From: Octopus vulgaris | Taxonomy: Eukaryota | Direction: 5' to 3' | DNA: 64,000 bases | Assembly: GCA_951406725.2 (NCBI GenBank) | Contig: OX597834.1 | Coordinates: 23,808,001-23,872,000, forward strand | In this document: piece by piece, positions 50,875 to 64,000 of the stretch | How positions within the stretch are numbered: the stretch's first letter is position 1 | Layout: every line of letters starts with the position of its first letter | The notes under the pieces: generated by a model | What the model was told of the DNA's origin: nothing | Databases searched by the model: none | What the model saw: the letters and a program-made list of their open reading frames with translations, nothing else | Made by a program: the position numbers and the translations under genes

Positions 50875-52272
50875 TTAAAGCCCTCAGTAGACTCTATAAA
50901 GTAGTTGGTGACAAAGAGGACCAAAACTGAGACACTGAAGCACAACCTTCTCCTTCAACTTGTTGAATTCTGACAAACCATTCAATCAATGCCAGCCTAG
51001 AAGGTGGGGGCAAAATGATAGATACAATGACAACGATGACGACAATGATGATGATGATGTCTGTGCATTTGTACACAATATACCTGCTTATTATTGTACA
51101 TGTATTAATGTATTCAATATGCTGCAGGCACAAAACGTGGTATTGATTTTATGAAGTTAAACTTGTATGTATAAGTGTGTGTGCATAATTGTGTTTGTAT
51201 AGAAATGTGTGTATATATGTATATATATATATATATACACTTATAAATAAGGTAAATTATGGCAGGCAAACAAAACACAGACACAAAAGATTAAAAAAAA
51301 AACCCAACAAACATTCAACCACACAAACAAAAGGCCAGAATAAGTCAGAGGAAATAAACAAGCCACACTGACCAATAATGACCAATAATGGCCACAGCTG
51401 CCAGAAACAAGCATTCATAGAAGATTTGGACACCCGCATCCTCCTCTCTGGTCCTTCCTCCTGCCATCCTCTTTCCATTTCCTCATTGTGGTCCATCAAT
51501 GGCTTCACTTTAGAGTAATTCTGGTTGGAATGTTAGATCAATGATGGTGGTGTTGGCAATGGTGATGTTGGTGATGATGGTGGTGGTAGTGATGATGATG
51601 ATATTGATGGTGATGGGTGGTGGCAGTGGTTGGTTGGCATCATAGTGATGGCATTGGTAGTAGTGGTGACAGTACCGTCATGGTTTTGGTGGTGATGGTG
51701 GTGGTGCTGTTGTTGTTGTTGGTGGTGTTGCCATAGGTGTTCGGTCCAGGGTCACTCCAACTGAGTGACCTATGGTCAATGGTGTTTGAATTATAACTAA
51801 TTCCATCTTCTATAGTCTATCTAAGACTGCATTATGTCCATCCTTATTTAAGACAAAGAGGGAGATTTGGTTGCTATTTTCGGAAGGTTGAGCAACCATG
51901 TACAAAGTCTGTTCAAAGAGAAATGTAATTTTTAAAATAGTGCTCCAACCAGCTGGTGCAGCATACTTGCAACAGCTGTTCTTTAGGGCACCATAGTGAA
52001 TTGTTGCAAGTTGAGCCATAAACCATGTGGACGATCATCATCATCATCATCATCATCATTTAATGTCCACTCTTCCTGCTGGCATGGATTGGATGGTTTA
52101 ACAGGATGTAGCAACCTGGAAGACTGCATTATGTTCCAATGTTTGTTTTGGCATTGTGTTTATGGTCGGAAGCCTTTCTTAACAGGAGCCAATTTATGGA
52201 ATGTACTGGGTGCTTTTTACATGGCACCAGTAGTAGTAAGGTCACTTTGCAACTTGAAAGAAGGGCTTAGAG

Positions 52273-52492
52273 CAGTGGGTTTCCAACCAGGGTTCCATGG
52301 AACCTTAGGGTTCTGCCAGTACAGTCCAGGGGTTCCGCAAGAAGTTACAAAACTGCTAAAATCGGCAGTAATTTTTAATTCTCCTGTGCAGATATGTGTG
52401 CATAAGACTATTAAATTATTGCACAGGGGTTCCTCAAGCCAGTGGAATGTTTCCTTGGGGTTCTGCTCCAGCAAAAAGTTTGAAAAGCACTA
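52273..52492. mobile_element. hAT (Charlie-like) MITE
   Basis: TIRs CAGTGGGTTTCCAAC / GTTTGAAAAGCACTA; 8-bp TSD gcttagag / gcctagag. Confidence 0.8.
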
Positions 52493-52889
52493 GCCTAGAG
52501 GAACACCTATAACTAAAGAGAGAAGATAGGGACAGAGAGAGAGAGATTATTTTAGGTAAGGTGATGAGGGAAAGTGAAGTATGGTGACAGGAACAGATTT
52601 ACAGTTGTGAGAGGGTGGTGGTGGTGGTGGAGGTGGGGAGAATAACAAAGTAGACACTATTGTGAAAGGGAGTATTGAAGGGAAAGGGAAGAGATTAGTG
52701 TCAGTGGTAAGGGTGATGAGGTGAGTGTATAGGGCTGGGTCCAGTGCTAATCCATATTATAAGGGGGAGTATAGGTGGAAGGAAGGCGATAATAATTCAC
52801 CGTTCTAAAAGAACATTGTGACCGCGTGTGTACTGTTGGCGATTTTTTTTTCCTCTGTCTTCCCTTCTCTGGATCTTTCCTTCTACTAT

Positions 52890-52924
52890 GTTTCCGACGA
52901 AGAGCTCCGCTCGAAACGTTAAAC
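52890..52924 (+). ncRNA. Minimal hammerhead ribozyme-like motif (CCGACGA core variant)
   Basis: gttt CCGACGA a gagc-tcc-gctc GAA ACGT T aaac. Confidence 0.55.
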
Positions 52925-53803
52925 CCTCCTTCTTTCCTGAGCATCCAATAATACTATATTTGTTCCACGTTTGGATTAACTATATATATATATATATATG
53001 CCAGAGGGTCTGGCATCGGCCACGAAAGCACCAACTGATCGTGGCCGATGCCAGACCCCTCTGGCACCTGTGCAGGTGGCACGTAAAAAGCACCCACTAC
53101 ACTCGCGGAGTGGTTGGCGTTAGGAAGGGCATCCAGCTGTAGAAATACTGCCACATTAGACTGGAGCCTGTGGCAGCCCCTGGCTCCCCAGACCCCGGTC
53201 GAACCGTCCAACCCGTGCTAGCGCGGAAAACGGACGTTAAACGATGATGATGATGATGATGATGATATATATATATATATAGGTGCGAGCATGGCTGTGC
53301 GGTAAGAACCACATGTTCTGAGTTCAGTCGCACTGTGAGGCACCTTGGGCAAGTATCTTCTAATATAGCCTCAGGCTGACCAAAAGCCTTGTGAGTGGAT
53401 TTGATTGAGCAAAATTGAAAGAAACCTGTGACACATCATCATCATTTAACTGGCGGCATCATTTTTTTTACCTTATTTTTAATCGCTCAAATAGTGGCAT
53501 GTACAAAAGGCAAGTGTGCTTTCCGTTGTCACTGCCTGATATTTATGATTGATCTTTCAGAATATTTTCTTTCTCAACTTACTCAAGATCTTTTGTTTTT
53601 TATAAATGGGAGAGAGACAGATAAGAGAAAGATAGAGAGTAAGAGAAAGCGAGGGAGAGTCTGAGAGAAAGGACGAGTAAGAGAGTGGGAAAGTGAGAGA
53701 GAAACAAAGAGGGAGAATGTGGCGATAAGAAACAGAAAGGAAGCAAGAGAAAGTAATAATCACACCCTCACCAGCACATAGAGCGGGTCACCTTAAGCTA
53801 GTA

Positions 53804-53834
<31 letters not shown>

Positions 53835-53920
53835 CAACAATTGAGGGTAAAATTAATTAATTATTAATCAATTTCACCAAGTGTTCAGTATGCAAAGGGA
53901 CCATTTAAGGCGAATTCAAA

Positions 53921-54215
53921 TTATTACAATATATAAAAGGGCTTAGTAAAATAAATTACTTTGCCGCATACTGAACTCATTAGAAATAGCAGCTAAAAAA
54001 CTTTTTTAAAAACCATTTCTAATACTTAAAGAAAATCTCTCTCATATAGTGCTTGCTCAACTCAACTCACTCGTGAGTTGAGTTGAGCAAGCACTATATG
54101 AGAGAGATTTTCTTTAAGTATTAGAAATGGTTTTTAAAAAGTTTTTAGCTGCTATTTCTAATGAGTTCAGTATGCGGCAAAGTAATTTATTTTACTAAGC
54201 CCTTTTATATATTGT

Positions 54216-54220
<5 letters not shown>
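53921..54220. repeat. Fold-back palindrome, about 150-bp arms and 2-nt loop
   Basis: Centre ...CTCAACTCAC-tc-GTGAGTTGAG...; arms differ only in two homopolymer lengths; lies between (TA)n tracts. Confidence 0.95.
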
Positions 54221-54254
<34 letters not shown>

Positions 54255-54831
54255 CATAGTTGTATGAATATATATATATATGTAAGTGAGGAAACGTACA
54301 CTTAAAATACTTCAGAGATACAGTACAAGTGAACATATAAACAAAAATCTGTCTTTGAAGATTATATTTTGAAATGCCAGAAACAAAAGAGAACTAGATT
54401 CGATATCCTGAGTGACAGAGAAGAGGTCTACATTCTGAGTTCAAATCATGCCAAGGGCACCTTTGCTATTTATATTTCAAGGGTCTCTCTAAGCGTGCAT
54501 GATGGGAATCTGTAGGCAGTATTATATTATGGGAGCTGGTTGACTGTAAGGAGTAAAATATCTACCAATCCAGACAATTCATATTTCTTCAGTTGTGTTT
54601 ACAACATTCTGTTACAGTGCTATGTGTGGCATACAATATTATCAGGGATATAATATGAAGATTATGTAAGGTATACTAGCCATCTCAATATGGCTAACCA
54701 CTAAGGGTGGGTGTTACTGTAGCTTGTAGCCCCAGGAGATCATCGTCTCCAGCTGGCTTTAGACACACTTTCTGTGCCCTTATGGTATTTGCAAAGGGAG
54801 GTCATCCCTCTCTCGTCAACCTAAGTGATAT

Positions 54832-54874
54832 GCACAGACTGCAATTTCTAGGTATTTGCCTGTCTTCAGTGTAC
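54832..54874 (-). ncRNA. Hammerhead ribozyme-like motif
   Basis: gtaca CTGAAGA cagg-caaata-ccta GAA ATTGCAGT C tgtgc; GUC cleavage triplet. Confidence 0.62.
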
Positions 54875-55964
54875 GGCAATCACCGGTTTTCGATGAAGGG
54901 AGTCCGTTTGCAAATCCTTATATATCGTTTTTCCAGTAACTTTTCGTCACTGATTTCGAAAAACTGTCTGTAATATGAAGATTAGATGAGGATTAGTTTT
55001 TAAATCCTGTGTTTATATTTCATCTGTGACAGTGTAAACTCTTGACTATTCACAAAGATAAGATGTTTACATGTGTTTACTATAAAGGATGATGGTTAGA
55101 AATCTGTTAATACATTGTGTAGATTAGATGTCTTGCAAACAAAAGAACACTGTTATGTTATCAGTAATTAATTAATTGAAATAACTGTCAAGAATGAGTT
55201 GTGTGTATGTAAAGTTGTCCAACCAATTCCCCGATACTCCTTACTAATAGTGGGGGTTTATAAGCAGTGTCCCCCAGTTAATGAGGGTACTAGGTCATTG
55301 ATGAAAAGCCAACTCAGGACTGAAGCTTAATTTGACTGATGTCTCATTCTTTATCTAGAGAGATGTTGTACATAAACTCAAGGTATTTACATTTGCCTAC
55401 ACATTTGGTGTTGGCTAAAAGTCTCTGTGGCTGTGTGGTAAGAAGCTTGCTTCCCAACCACATGGTTCTGGGTTCAGTCCAAATGCCTGGCACCTTGTTC
55501 AAGTGTCTTCTTCTATATACTCAGGCTGACTAAAGCATTGTGAGCAGATTTGGTAGATGGAAACTGAAAGAAGCCTGTCATGTATGTGTGTATATATATA
55601 TATCCTCCTTCCTCATCATCATCACTTAACATCCGCTTTCTATGCAGGCATGGGTTGGGCAGTTTGACTAAGGACTGGCAAGCCGAGAGGCTGCACCAGG
55701 CTCCAATCTGATCTGGCAAGGTTTCTACACTCCGAGAGTGTAGTGGGTGCTTTTTACATGCCACCAGCAACAACCACGCTCAAATGGTGCTTTTTACGTG
55801 CCACCAGTCAGGTGGCACTGGCAACGACCACGCTTGAATGGTGCTTTTTACATGCCACTGGCATGGAACCAGTCAGATGGCACTGGCATCGACCACTTGT
55901 ATGTATGTATGTATCTGTGTGTTTGTGTTTGTCCCTCCACCATTACTAAGTTACAGTATTTACA

Positions 55965-56537
55965 TCCGGGCGAAATGCTTAGCGGTGTTTTGTCTGCCGC
56001 TATGTTCTGAGTTCAAATTCCACCGAGGTCGACTTTGCCTTTCATCCTTTCGGGGTCGATAAATTAAGTACCAGTTACGCACTGGGGTTGATGTAATCAA
56101 CTTAATCCGTTTGTCTGTCCTTGTTTGTCCTCTCTGTGTTTATCCCCTTGTGGGTAGTAAAGAAATAGGTATTTCGTCTACCGTTACGTTCAGAGTTCAA
56201 ATTCCGCCGAGGTCGACTTTGCCTTTCATCCTTTCGGGGTCGATAAATTAAGTACCAGTTACGCACTGGGGTTGATGGAATCAACTTAATCCGTTTGTCT
56301 GTCCTTGTTTGTCCTCTCTGTGTTTATCCCCTTGTGGGTAGTAAAGAAATAGGTATTTCGTCTACCGTTATGTTCTGAGTTCAAATTCCGCCAAGGTCGA
56401 CTTTGCCTTTCATCCTTTCGGGATTGATAAATTAAGTACCAGTTACGCACTGGGGTCGATATAATCGACTTAATCCGTTTGTCTGTCCTTGTTTGTCCTC
56501 TCTGTGTTTAGCCCCTTGTTGGTAGTAAAGAAATTGG
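55965..56537 (+). repeat. Three tandem 184-bp units of SINE family C
   Basis: Junction AGAAATAGG|TATTTCG recurs at 56170 and 56354; units are near identical. Confidence 0.92.
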
Positions 56538-58636
56538 TATGTGCCGGAAACAGAAAGAAAGGGATTGTATGGTGTGATGCATGTAGCAGAGCAATAGAAT
56601 TTGATGTTGTTTAGTCATTGATATGTGTTTCATTCCCACTTGTAATTAGAATGACACACTTGTATAATGGAGCACCTATTTTCTCTCTTTTTTTTTTTTT
56701 GCAATCTTTGGCCAACTAAATAAAATGCTAAATGTGCTGAGGTACATCATCAGCTTTATATTCTTTGATTCTTGTACATCCTGTCACTGGACTGTGGCCA
56801 AGCTGGGGCATTGCCTTGAAGGTTGAATCAACAACTGTACTTCTTTTAAGTTTGGTATCTACTCCGTTTGTGTCTCTTGCCAAACTGCTAAGCCTCAGGA
56901 ATGTACACAAACCAACGTCATTTGTCAAGTAGTGAGAGACTAACACAAACACACATATGCACGAGCATGCACGTATGCGCGTGCACACACACACATGCAG
57001 AGCCTTTCTTGAGCAGATCAATGATCAAAAGCATTCCTGCCCTGACCATCCTGTATTTCTAGGGATATGTTGGACTACACTATCCAATGTGTCCCTTTTC
57101 TTCAAGGACAATACGATGGAGTTTTGAGGGAGATTAAGCTGCTATTTCTAGCAAGTTGAGTGACACTGAAGAGGTTCCATTGTGTTGGTTCAAAGGAAGG
57201 GATAATCCATTCATTTAAATAAATTAATGTCTCTAAACATCTTATTTTCACTAATCCTTATTATGAAGCATCTTAAGTAATGTCCATTATTCCCACCACT
57301 ACCATTACCACCACCAATACCAACAACACCACAGATACCATCACTACTAATACCAACCTTCACCACCTCAACCAATATCCCCCCCCAATTTCCACTGCCA
57401 CCACCACCATTACCCTATCTCTATAGAATCACTTCTATTATTTATTCCATTCACATCTTAGTGCATTAGAGTGATTATTTTAACTTGTTTCTTTCCTTAT
57501 ACCCATTAACTTACCAAATAATCTCTGTCTCTCTTTCTCTTTCTCACCTTGTCTCTCTCTATGTGTATATTTACCTGTCTACCTCCATCAAACTCTCTCT
57601 ATATCTTCTCTAGATATTACACATCTAGAGAGATCCATCCATCCCTCTATCCATCGATCCATCCAACCGTCCGTCCGTCTGTCCATCTGTCTATTTATCT
57701 ATCAAGCTGTCTGTCTGACTGCCTGTCTGTCTATCTGCCTGTCTGTTCATCTCTCCATCTGTTCGTCCATCCGCCTGTCTGTCTGTCTCCCCCCCTCTCT
57801 CTATATATCTCACTGCCTGTCTTTCTGAAAGTTTTCCTGTCTGACTGTCTGTCTAATAACCTATACATCCATCCCACTTTGAGTAATTATATTCTCTAAA
57901 AGAATTTTTAATTTCGGAGAATTCTCTACATTTACATTCTCTTATCTTTACTTTGGTAAACATGGTGAAGTCAAGGTTTGCTAATGAGGTCTTAATAAGA
58001 TTAAAATTAAAACATGTCTGAAGTTATCCAATATTGCCTTTACTTCATCACATAATTATTTCTGGTTAACTTTTTAATACTAAATCATCAGAATCCCCGC
58101 AAACTAAACAAGGTTGTGTTCTCCAAAATGAAGGTCAGCTTGAAAAATTACTAAGACACTAGGATATTTTCCTACTTTTCTTAACACTGAAACCAATGGT
58201 AGCCTTAATTCACAAATAAAGAAGTTATATCCACCAATGTGGTGTTGAACACTGATTTTCTTTGTTTGACATATACGTATATATACGAATGTATATATGT
58301 ATATATATCATCATCATCATTGTTTAATGTCTGCTTTCCATGCTAGCATGGGTTGGACGATTTGACTGAGGACTGGTGAACCAGATAGCTGCACCAGGCT
58401 CCAATCTGATCTGGCAGAGTTTCTACAGCTTGATGCCCTTCTGAGAGTGTAGTGGGTGCTTTTACATGTCACCTTATATTTCGTTTGTCACTGTTATTTA
58501 TGACATTGTTTGTGGAATCTTACATTGTGTATAAACTCTATACTTGGAATGGACAATCTTAAATACTGTTGGATTTTTCTCATAAAGTATTGGAATCTTA
58601 CATATATACCGTAAAGTATTGGAATCATACATATAA

Positions 58637-59040
58637 GGCGCAGGAGTGGCTGTGTGGTAAGTAGCTTGTTTACCAACTACATGGTTCTGGGTTCAGTCCC
58701 ACTGCGTGGTACCTTGGGCAAGTGTCTTCTACTATAGCCTCGGGCCGACCAAAGCCTTGTGAGTGGATTTGGTAGACGGAAACTGAAAGAAGCCCGTCGT
58801 ATATATGTATATATATGTATGCGTGTGTGTGTTTGTGTGTCTGTGTTTGTCCTCCTAGCATCGCTTGACAACCGATGCTGGTGTGTTTATGTCCCCGTTA
58901 CTTAGCGGTTCGGCAAAAGAGACTGATAGAATAAGTACTGGGCTTACAAAAGAATAAGTCCTGGGGTCGAGTTGCTTGATTAAAGGCGGTGCTCCAGCAT
59001 GGCCGCAGTCAAATGACTGAAACAAGTAAAAGAGTAGAGT
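58637..59040 (+). mobile_element. SINE family A, full length
   Basis: GGCGCAGGAGTGGCTGTGTGG...AAGTAAAAGAGT, colinear with 400-780. Confidence 0.87.
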
Positions 59041-59174
59041 ATACCATTCTGCCTAAAAAATGGATCTACAAACTCAATACCCCTACATATCTCACATCTA
59101 TTTTCTTTCCTCCACCTCACTCTCTATTTTGTATCCTATCTAAATTAACTATTACTTAACCATTCTCTCACACC

Positions 59175-59226
59175 GTCTCCGATGAAGGGATATAGTTAAT
59201 AAATATCCTGGAAACAGCTGTAAGAC
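59175..59226 (+). ncRNA. Hammerhead ribozyme-like motif (CCGATGA core variant)
   Basis: gtct CCGATGA a gggatat-agttaataa-atatcct g GAA ACAGCTGT A agac. Confidence 0.65.
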
Positions 59227-60022
59227 CTTCTATCTATAAATATTCTAATATCTACACAGCCTTAGTTTTTTTACCTCATTACGCAAAAAATTCTTATATA
59301 TATATATCATCATCGTCATATATATATGATATATGTACATATGTATATGTGTATATACATATTTGTGTGTGTGTGTATGTGTGTGTGTCTATGAATTTGT
59401 TTTGTGTCTGAGATTGAAATCAATATTATATTCCTGTGTTATTATTAGCACAGTCATATCCCAAAATACTGGATCTTTAGATTCTCTCTGTCTTCGCTTT
59501 TCTGGTCAATAATTAGTTTGCATCATCTATCTACAGTAATGTATTGTCACAATCAATCAATTATTTAGGTAAACTGAAATGTTTGTGTGTGCTGTTTGTA
59601 TATTCATATCATAGTGTGTGTATTCATATGTGTGTGTGTGTGAGAAAGTGAGTGAGTAGTTCCTATCCTCAGTCTGCCTACATATCTATGTATGATTACA
59701 CACCAAGTATTTAAAATATTTCAGGTTTATTCAAAGCATTTCCCTCGTTACTGAAACACTGCTACAGTCCAAATGTAGATTTAAAAAAAAGACAACTACT
59801 TTATATATTTACAGCTATTCTATGGACAATTTGTAACATTCGATAATTTTTCTTTTCTCTACTAAATCAAATTTTTTATAGTTTTCTCTATTCTTTTTGT
59901 ATACACATGTGTTTGATCATATGTGACCTTGTCATCTGCCAGACCAAGATTTTGTCACTATGGTATATCATCTCTAAGGTGGAATTTTTCTGTTTACCAG
60001 AATATTAGGTTATTATAATAGA

Positions 60023-60595
60023 CTAGCACTATGACCCGGCAACGCCAGGTCATAGTGCTAGTGCATGCATATTATAAAATTCTTCAGAAAGATATATACG
60101 TGTGTAAAATAATTGTTGTATTAAAAATATAAATATATATAAAAATATATGTAAATATGTATAAGTATAAATATATAATGTATATGACAGTTTAAAAGTA
60201 TTGAATTAAGTTTTCAAAGCATCTTACGATCATTTCACAGAAGTACTGTCCCTATAATGGGATCCTATAGTGCATGCATATACAGCTGCATGCGTGCGCA
60301 CATACACGCGAGTACTGTCCAAATCTCTGACCAATCACATACAGCTAGCTGGCATTCAATTGGCGTATCAAGTTTTGGGAATTTCGATTGAGTTTTGGAT
60401 AGAAAATTCACAAAAAAGTCACTTCTATTGATTTTTTAATGGCTTTGCGGAGTGACTGGGGAAATGTAAAGATGTGTACGACCACCCTTGGACAGTTTTG
60501 AATGACCATAGAAAGTGCGAGCCCTCTAACTGAAAAATTGTGGATTTGTATAAAGGACACACACGCAGACATTTTGCCGTTTATATATATAGAGA
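60023..60595 (-). mobile_element. Non-autonomous Helitron
   Basis: Minus strand: A|TCTCTATATATATAAACGG start and 3' hairpin CTAGCACTATGACC..GGTCATAGTGCTAG|T. Similar 5' ends at about 11209 and 2925. Confidence 0.8.
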
Positions 60596-60997
60596 TAATA
60601 TACACTGAAAATAGACAATGAGATGGAGAGCAGGGATAGGACTTGTGGGAGCCTGATAGTTATCAATGATTTATTTTAGCACAAGAATCTTCCTAGGCCA
60701 TCCAAGAAGAAATTACAAACAAGGTTCTTGGTCTAAGAAAAAGTATTGTTACATGATTGAAATAACATTTTTCAGAAAGTTTCTATTCAGCAAAACATTA
60801 ACGATTGAGTTTCCAAAAAGATTAACAAATGATACATGCAAACCAGGTTTAGGTCATGGTTTCTTACAGATACACACCCATACTTATGCATACATCACAC
60901 ATATAAACCTGCCAGTCTGTCTGTAACTATATCTTTGTGTATGTATGTATGTATGTGTGTGTGTGTGTATGTATGTATGCATGCATGCATGTATGTA

Positions 60998-61035
<38 letters not shown>

Positions 61036-61040
<5 letters not shown>

Positions 61041-61188
61041 AAGCACATAAATATGAAACAAGATGGAAAAAAATAGTACTCAAATACCAGAGGTAGAGTA
61101 ATGTGCTTTATTGATAAAGCATACTACTCTACCTCCTGTATTCAAGAACTGTTTCTCCCACCTTGTTTCACATTTATGTGCTTACTCT
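61036..61188. repeat. Diverged fold-back palindrome next to (TA)n
   Basis: agagtaagcacataaatatgaaacaag pairs with cttgtttcacatttatgtgcttactct; centre gctttattgataaagc. Confidence 0.85.
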
Positions 61189-61221
61189 AGTATATTTTGG
61201 TTGAGGTTGGAATTCTCAACC

Positions 61222-61267
61222 AAAACTGTCTGACAAACAGGAACGTGAAACTCTGAGTAACAGTTTT
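61222..61267 (+). ncRNA. Degenerate hammerhead ribozyme-like motif
   Basis: aaaactgt CTGACAA ... GAA ACTC-T-GAGT A acagtttt: 8-bp stem I, mutated core and weak stem II. Confidence 0.5.
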
Positions 61268-61768
61268 TGTGCTGTCTTTGCAGCTTTATTAATAAATAAA
61301 AAATATATATAGGACAAGGGTTTTGTTAAGGAGGATAGGAGAGATTGAGGCATAATAGTTGTTAATGTTGAATTGGAGAATTTGGAATAAACCAAGGAAA
61401 TCTACGACTTTGTATCTCCAACATTGAATTTTCAACCAACAAAGACTGATATTATTAATCTATTTGTAACAGCTCTGTGCTTTGAATTCTAATATTTTGT
61501 GATGGCCTTGTGCCTTGGACTCAAATATATTATAACAGCTTTGTGCTGTCTTTGGTCTTGCCATATTTTTTCTCAATACATAATTGAATCATACAGGCTT
61601 GTTTTATTTGTTGCTTCCCTGGTCTAACCCATAACAATATATATATATATTGTTGTATTTAGGAATGGTCATTTTGCCATTTTAGCCAATAAAAACACAC
61701 GCACTATACATTTGGTGTAGCTTTGCTTCAGCGTTATTCATGTTTTACATTAATCTTAATCTTATTTC

Positions 61769-61813
61769 GGCCAGAGTTCTTTCGTCACACCCCTGTGACC
61801 TCATCAGTGGTCC
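61769..61813 (-). ncRNA. Hammerhead ribozyme-like motif
   Basis: ggacca CTGATGA g gtcaca-gggg-tgtgac GAAAG AA CTC tggcc; perfect 6-bp stem II, marginal stem III. Confidence 0.55.
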
Positions 61814-61894
61814 TTTGCTTTCTTCTTTCTTATTTGTGTGTCTCTCCTTACTAACAGTCAGCCATTTTGTATTTTGTATATAGGATATATATAG

Positions 61895-62057
61895 GTTTTG
61901 GAGGCAAAATCTCATCAGAGGAGTAGAAAAGACATACCACTGGGTTATTAGATGTTATTCTTCCAAAACATCTCAACAGACTCTGAGATTTTGCCCCAAA
62001 ACATGTTTTAATTATTGGAATTTAATTCTTGGGGCAAAATCAAAACAGCTGTAAGAG
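61895..62057. ncRNA. Decayed hammerhead plus an inverted partial copy
   Basis: Plus strand at 61981: ct CTGA..GA ttttgccccaa...ttggggcaaaatc AAAACAGCTGT A agag. The inverted copy at 61895-61921 keeps CTGATGAgattttgcc intact. Confidence 0.45.
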
Positions 62058-62228
62058 GACATGTTGAATTTTTGCAGTTAATAAATTATATTAATTCTGA
62101 ATTTTAATTTGAAAATTTATAAACCAAGATTTATACTTAAACCTATTACTTTTATGAATATTATTACTATTCACAAAAAATAATAGGCAACAAACCAGTA
62201 ATTCATTGGGTATTTTTTAATCCCTTAA

Positions 62229-62448
62229 CCCTTTCGTTACTGTATTTATTTTGAGATGCTCTGTGTTTCTTTCAATTACTTTAAATATAACAAAGAATTT
62301 AGTAAAATAACTTAGTTATTATTCAGCTAGTGTTAGGAACATAAATTGTGACTAAGGTTTGGTGGAAGATTTTAATTCAAAATTTATGAAAATAAGACAT
62401 TTGTATTCAGAGCCAGAGCCGGTTTCAGCCAGGTTGGTAATGAAAGGG
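62229..62448. mobile_element. piggyBac-like MITE (second family)
   Basis: TTAA|CCCTTTCGTTAC...GTAATGAAAGGG|TTAA. Confidence 0.82.
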
Positions 62449-63879
62449 TTAATGAGGCTATTTAGCCACTATTTAGATTTATATATATATGTATGTATGT
62501 TACTGGTCATGTTGGTTAGTAGTTTCTATATGTTTGTTGTTGTTATGTGTGTATGTGCATGTTTACTTATTTATTCTGACCACTGTTTGTGTACCTGTGG
62601 GTGTGTATAACATATTTATGTATGCTGTTATAACGGTACAGTCTAGTTATCATGTATGTGTATGTGTTTACAATCTATGTGAATATATAATGTCAAATTG
62701 TTGGTGATCATTGTGTTGCAAGTACTTGGTCTGGCCTATGATCAAAGATAATCCAGGTGTGATTATCCTGTCTTTTTTTTTTCCAAGTATATCTAGTGTT
62801 CCATACTTTAAAAGCCAATAGGCTATAATTTAAAGGAGACTGACCACTTGGAGCTTTCTCCACGACAAAAACCGGAATTTTTCGGGTGAAATAATTATAA
62901 CAAATCATCATTATCATCATCATCATCGTTTAACGTCCACTTTCCATGCTAGCATAGGTTGGACGGTTCAACTGGGATCTGGGAAGCCAGAAGGCTGCAC
63001 TAGGCCCAGTCTGATCTGGCAGTGTTTCTACAGCTGGATGCCCTTCCTAACACCAACCACTCCGTGAATGTAGTGGGTGCTTTTTACGTGTCACCGGCAC
63101 AGGTGCCAGACATGGCTGGCAACGGCCACAATCAGATGGTGCTTTTTTACATGCCACCGGCACGAAGGTCAGGCGAGGCTGGCAACGGCCAACAAATAAT
63201 TCAAGAAAAAAGTCCCCAAAAAAGAAATGAAGAAAACTTCGATAACTGTTTTATTGTATTGTTCAGCAGTCTTTTAGCCTACCGCTTTCAGTTTTATTAA
63301 TTGACAGCTTGTATTTTTCTGTTCAGTGGTGGGAATATATTTTGATATTTTTATATTGTTATTACAACAATTTGTGTAGGACAAAGAGAATTAATGAGAA
63401 GGAATGGCCTTGGACAACGAGAAAGGTAAAGATGATGGGAAAATTGCAGCGAAAATAATAAACTAAGAGGGAAAAAGTTCACAGGTCAAGGATAAAGGTG
63501 TTCCGTCAGTGGAACCTGGTGTTAAACGACAACAACAACAACAACAACATCAGCAATGAACTGGATACATCTTATGGAAGAGTCAGCAATGAAACACTGT
63601 GTAGGTGCTCGATCTGTCAGAAATAACAGTTGAATCACTTGCAAAATTACATCTTAGAGTCTTCGAAATAAAAGGAAGGACCTATTGGATACTACAGTCG
63701 CTGATACACTGCATCCTCTGCAGAAGAAGGAATGACCACAGGTAGAATGCATTTGATTACAGGTTTGCACAGTCAGGGTTGTCCTTAATTTAATCAAGAA
63801 CAACCACATAAACACACAAGCACTTTTGATGTATGTATGACGCATTAGCTAGCTTTATGTGTGTGTGTGTATATATATT

Positions 63880-63930
<51 letters not shown>

Positions 63931-64000
63931 AGAGAGAGAGATAGATTACTGTGAGAGAATGGATTGATATATATAGATTGATAGGAAAAAATAGTGATGC

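Overview
AT-rich, intron-rich eukaryotic DNA packed with microsatellites. The repeat content (tRNA-derived SINEs, RTE LINE tails ending in (GAT)n, mariners) suggests an octopus genome; this is an inference from repeat style. Three spliced genes can be rebuilt from GT-AG boundaries and family motifs: the 5' part of CDK5RAP1 (minus strand, runs off the left edge), a complete YRDC (plus strand, head-to-head with CDK5RAP1) and a complete HINT2-like gene (plus strand). All three carry likely mitochondrial presequences. The right half (about 34-64 kb) has no gene I can support and consists of decayed transposons: mariner, Gypsy, RTE, RLE-type LINEs, Helitron, and hAT and piggyBac-like MITEs. MULE and L1/Tx1 fragments lie further left. 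The most notable signals are (1) about nine minimal hammerhead-ribozyme-like motifs from different sequence families, associated with (TA)n-anchored fold-back palindromes and probably Penelope-like element remnants; (2) the CDK5RAP1/YRDC/HINT2 cluster; (3) two in-frame YRDC start codons suited to leaky scanning; and (4) TTAGGG-bearing MITEs concentrated at gene 5' ends. Most short ORFs in the supplied track are repeat-derived noise.
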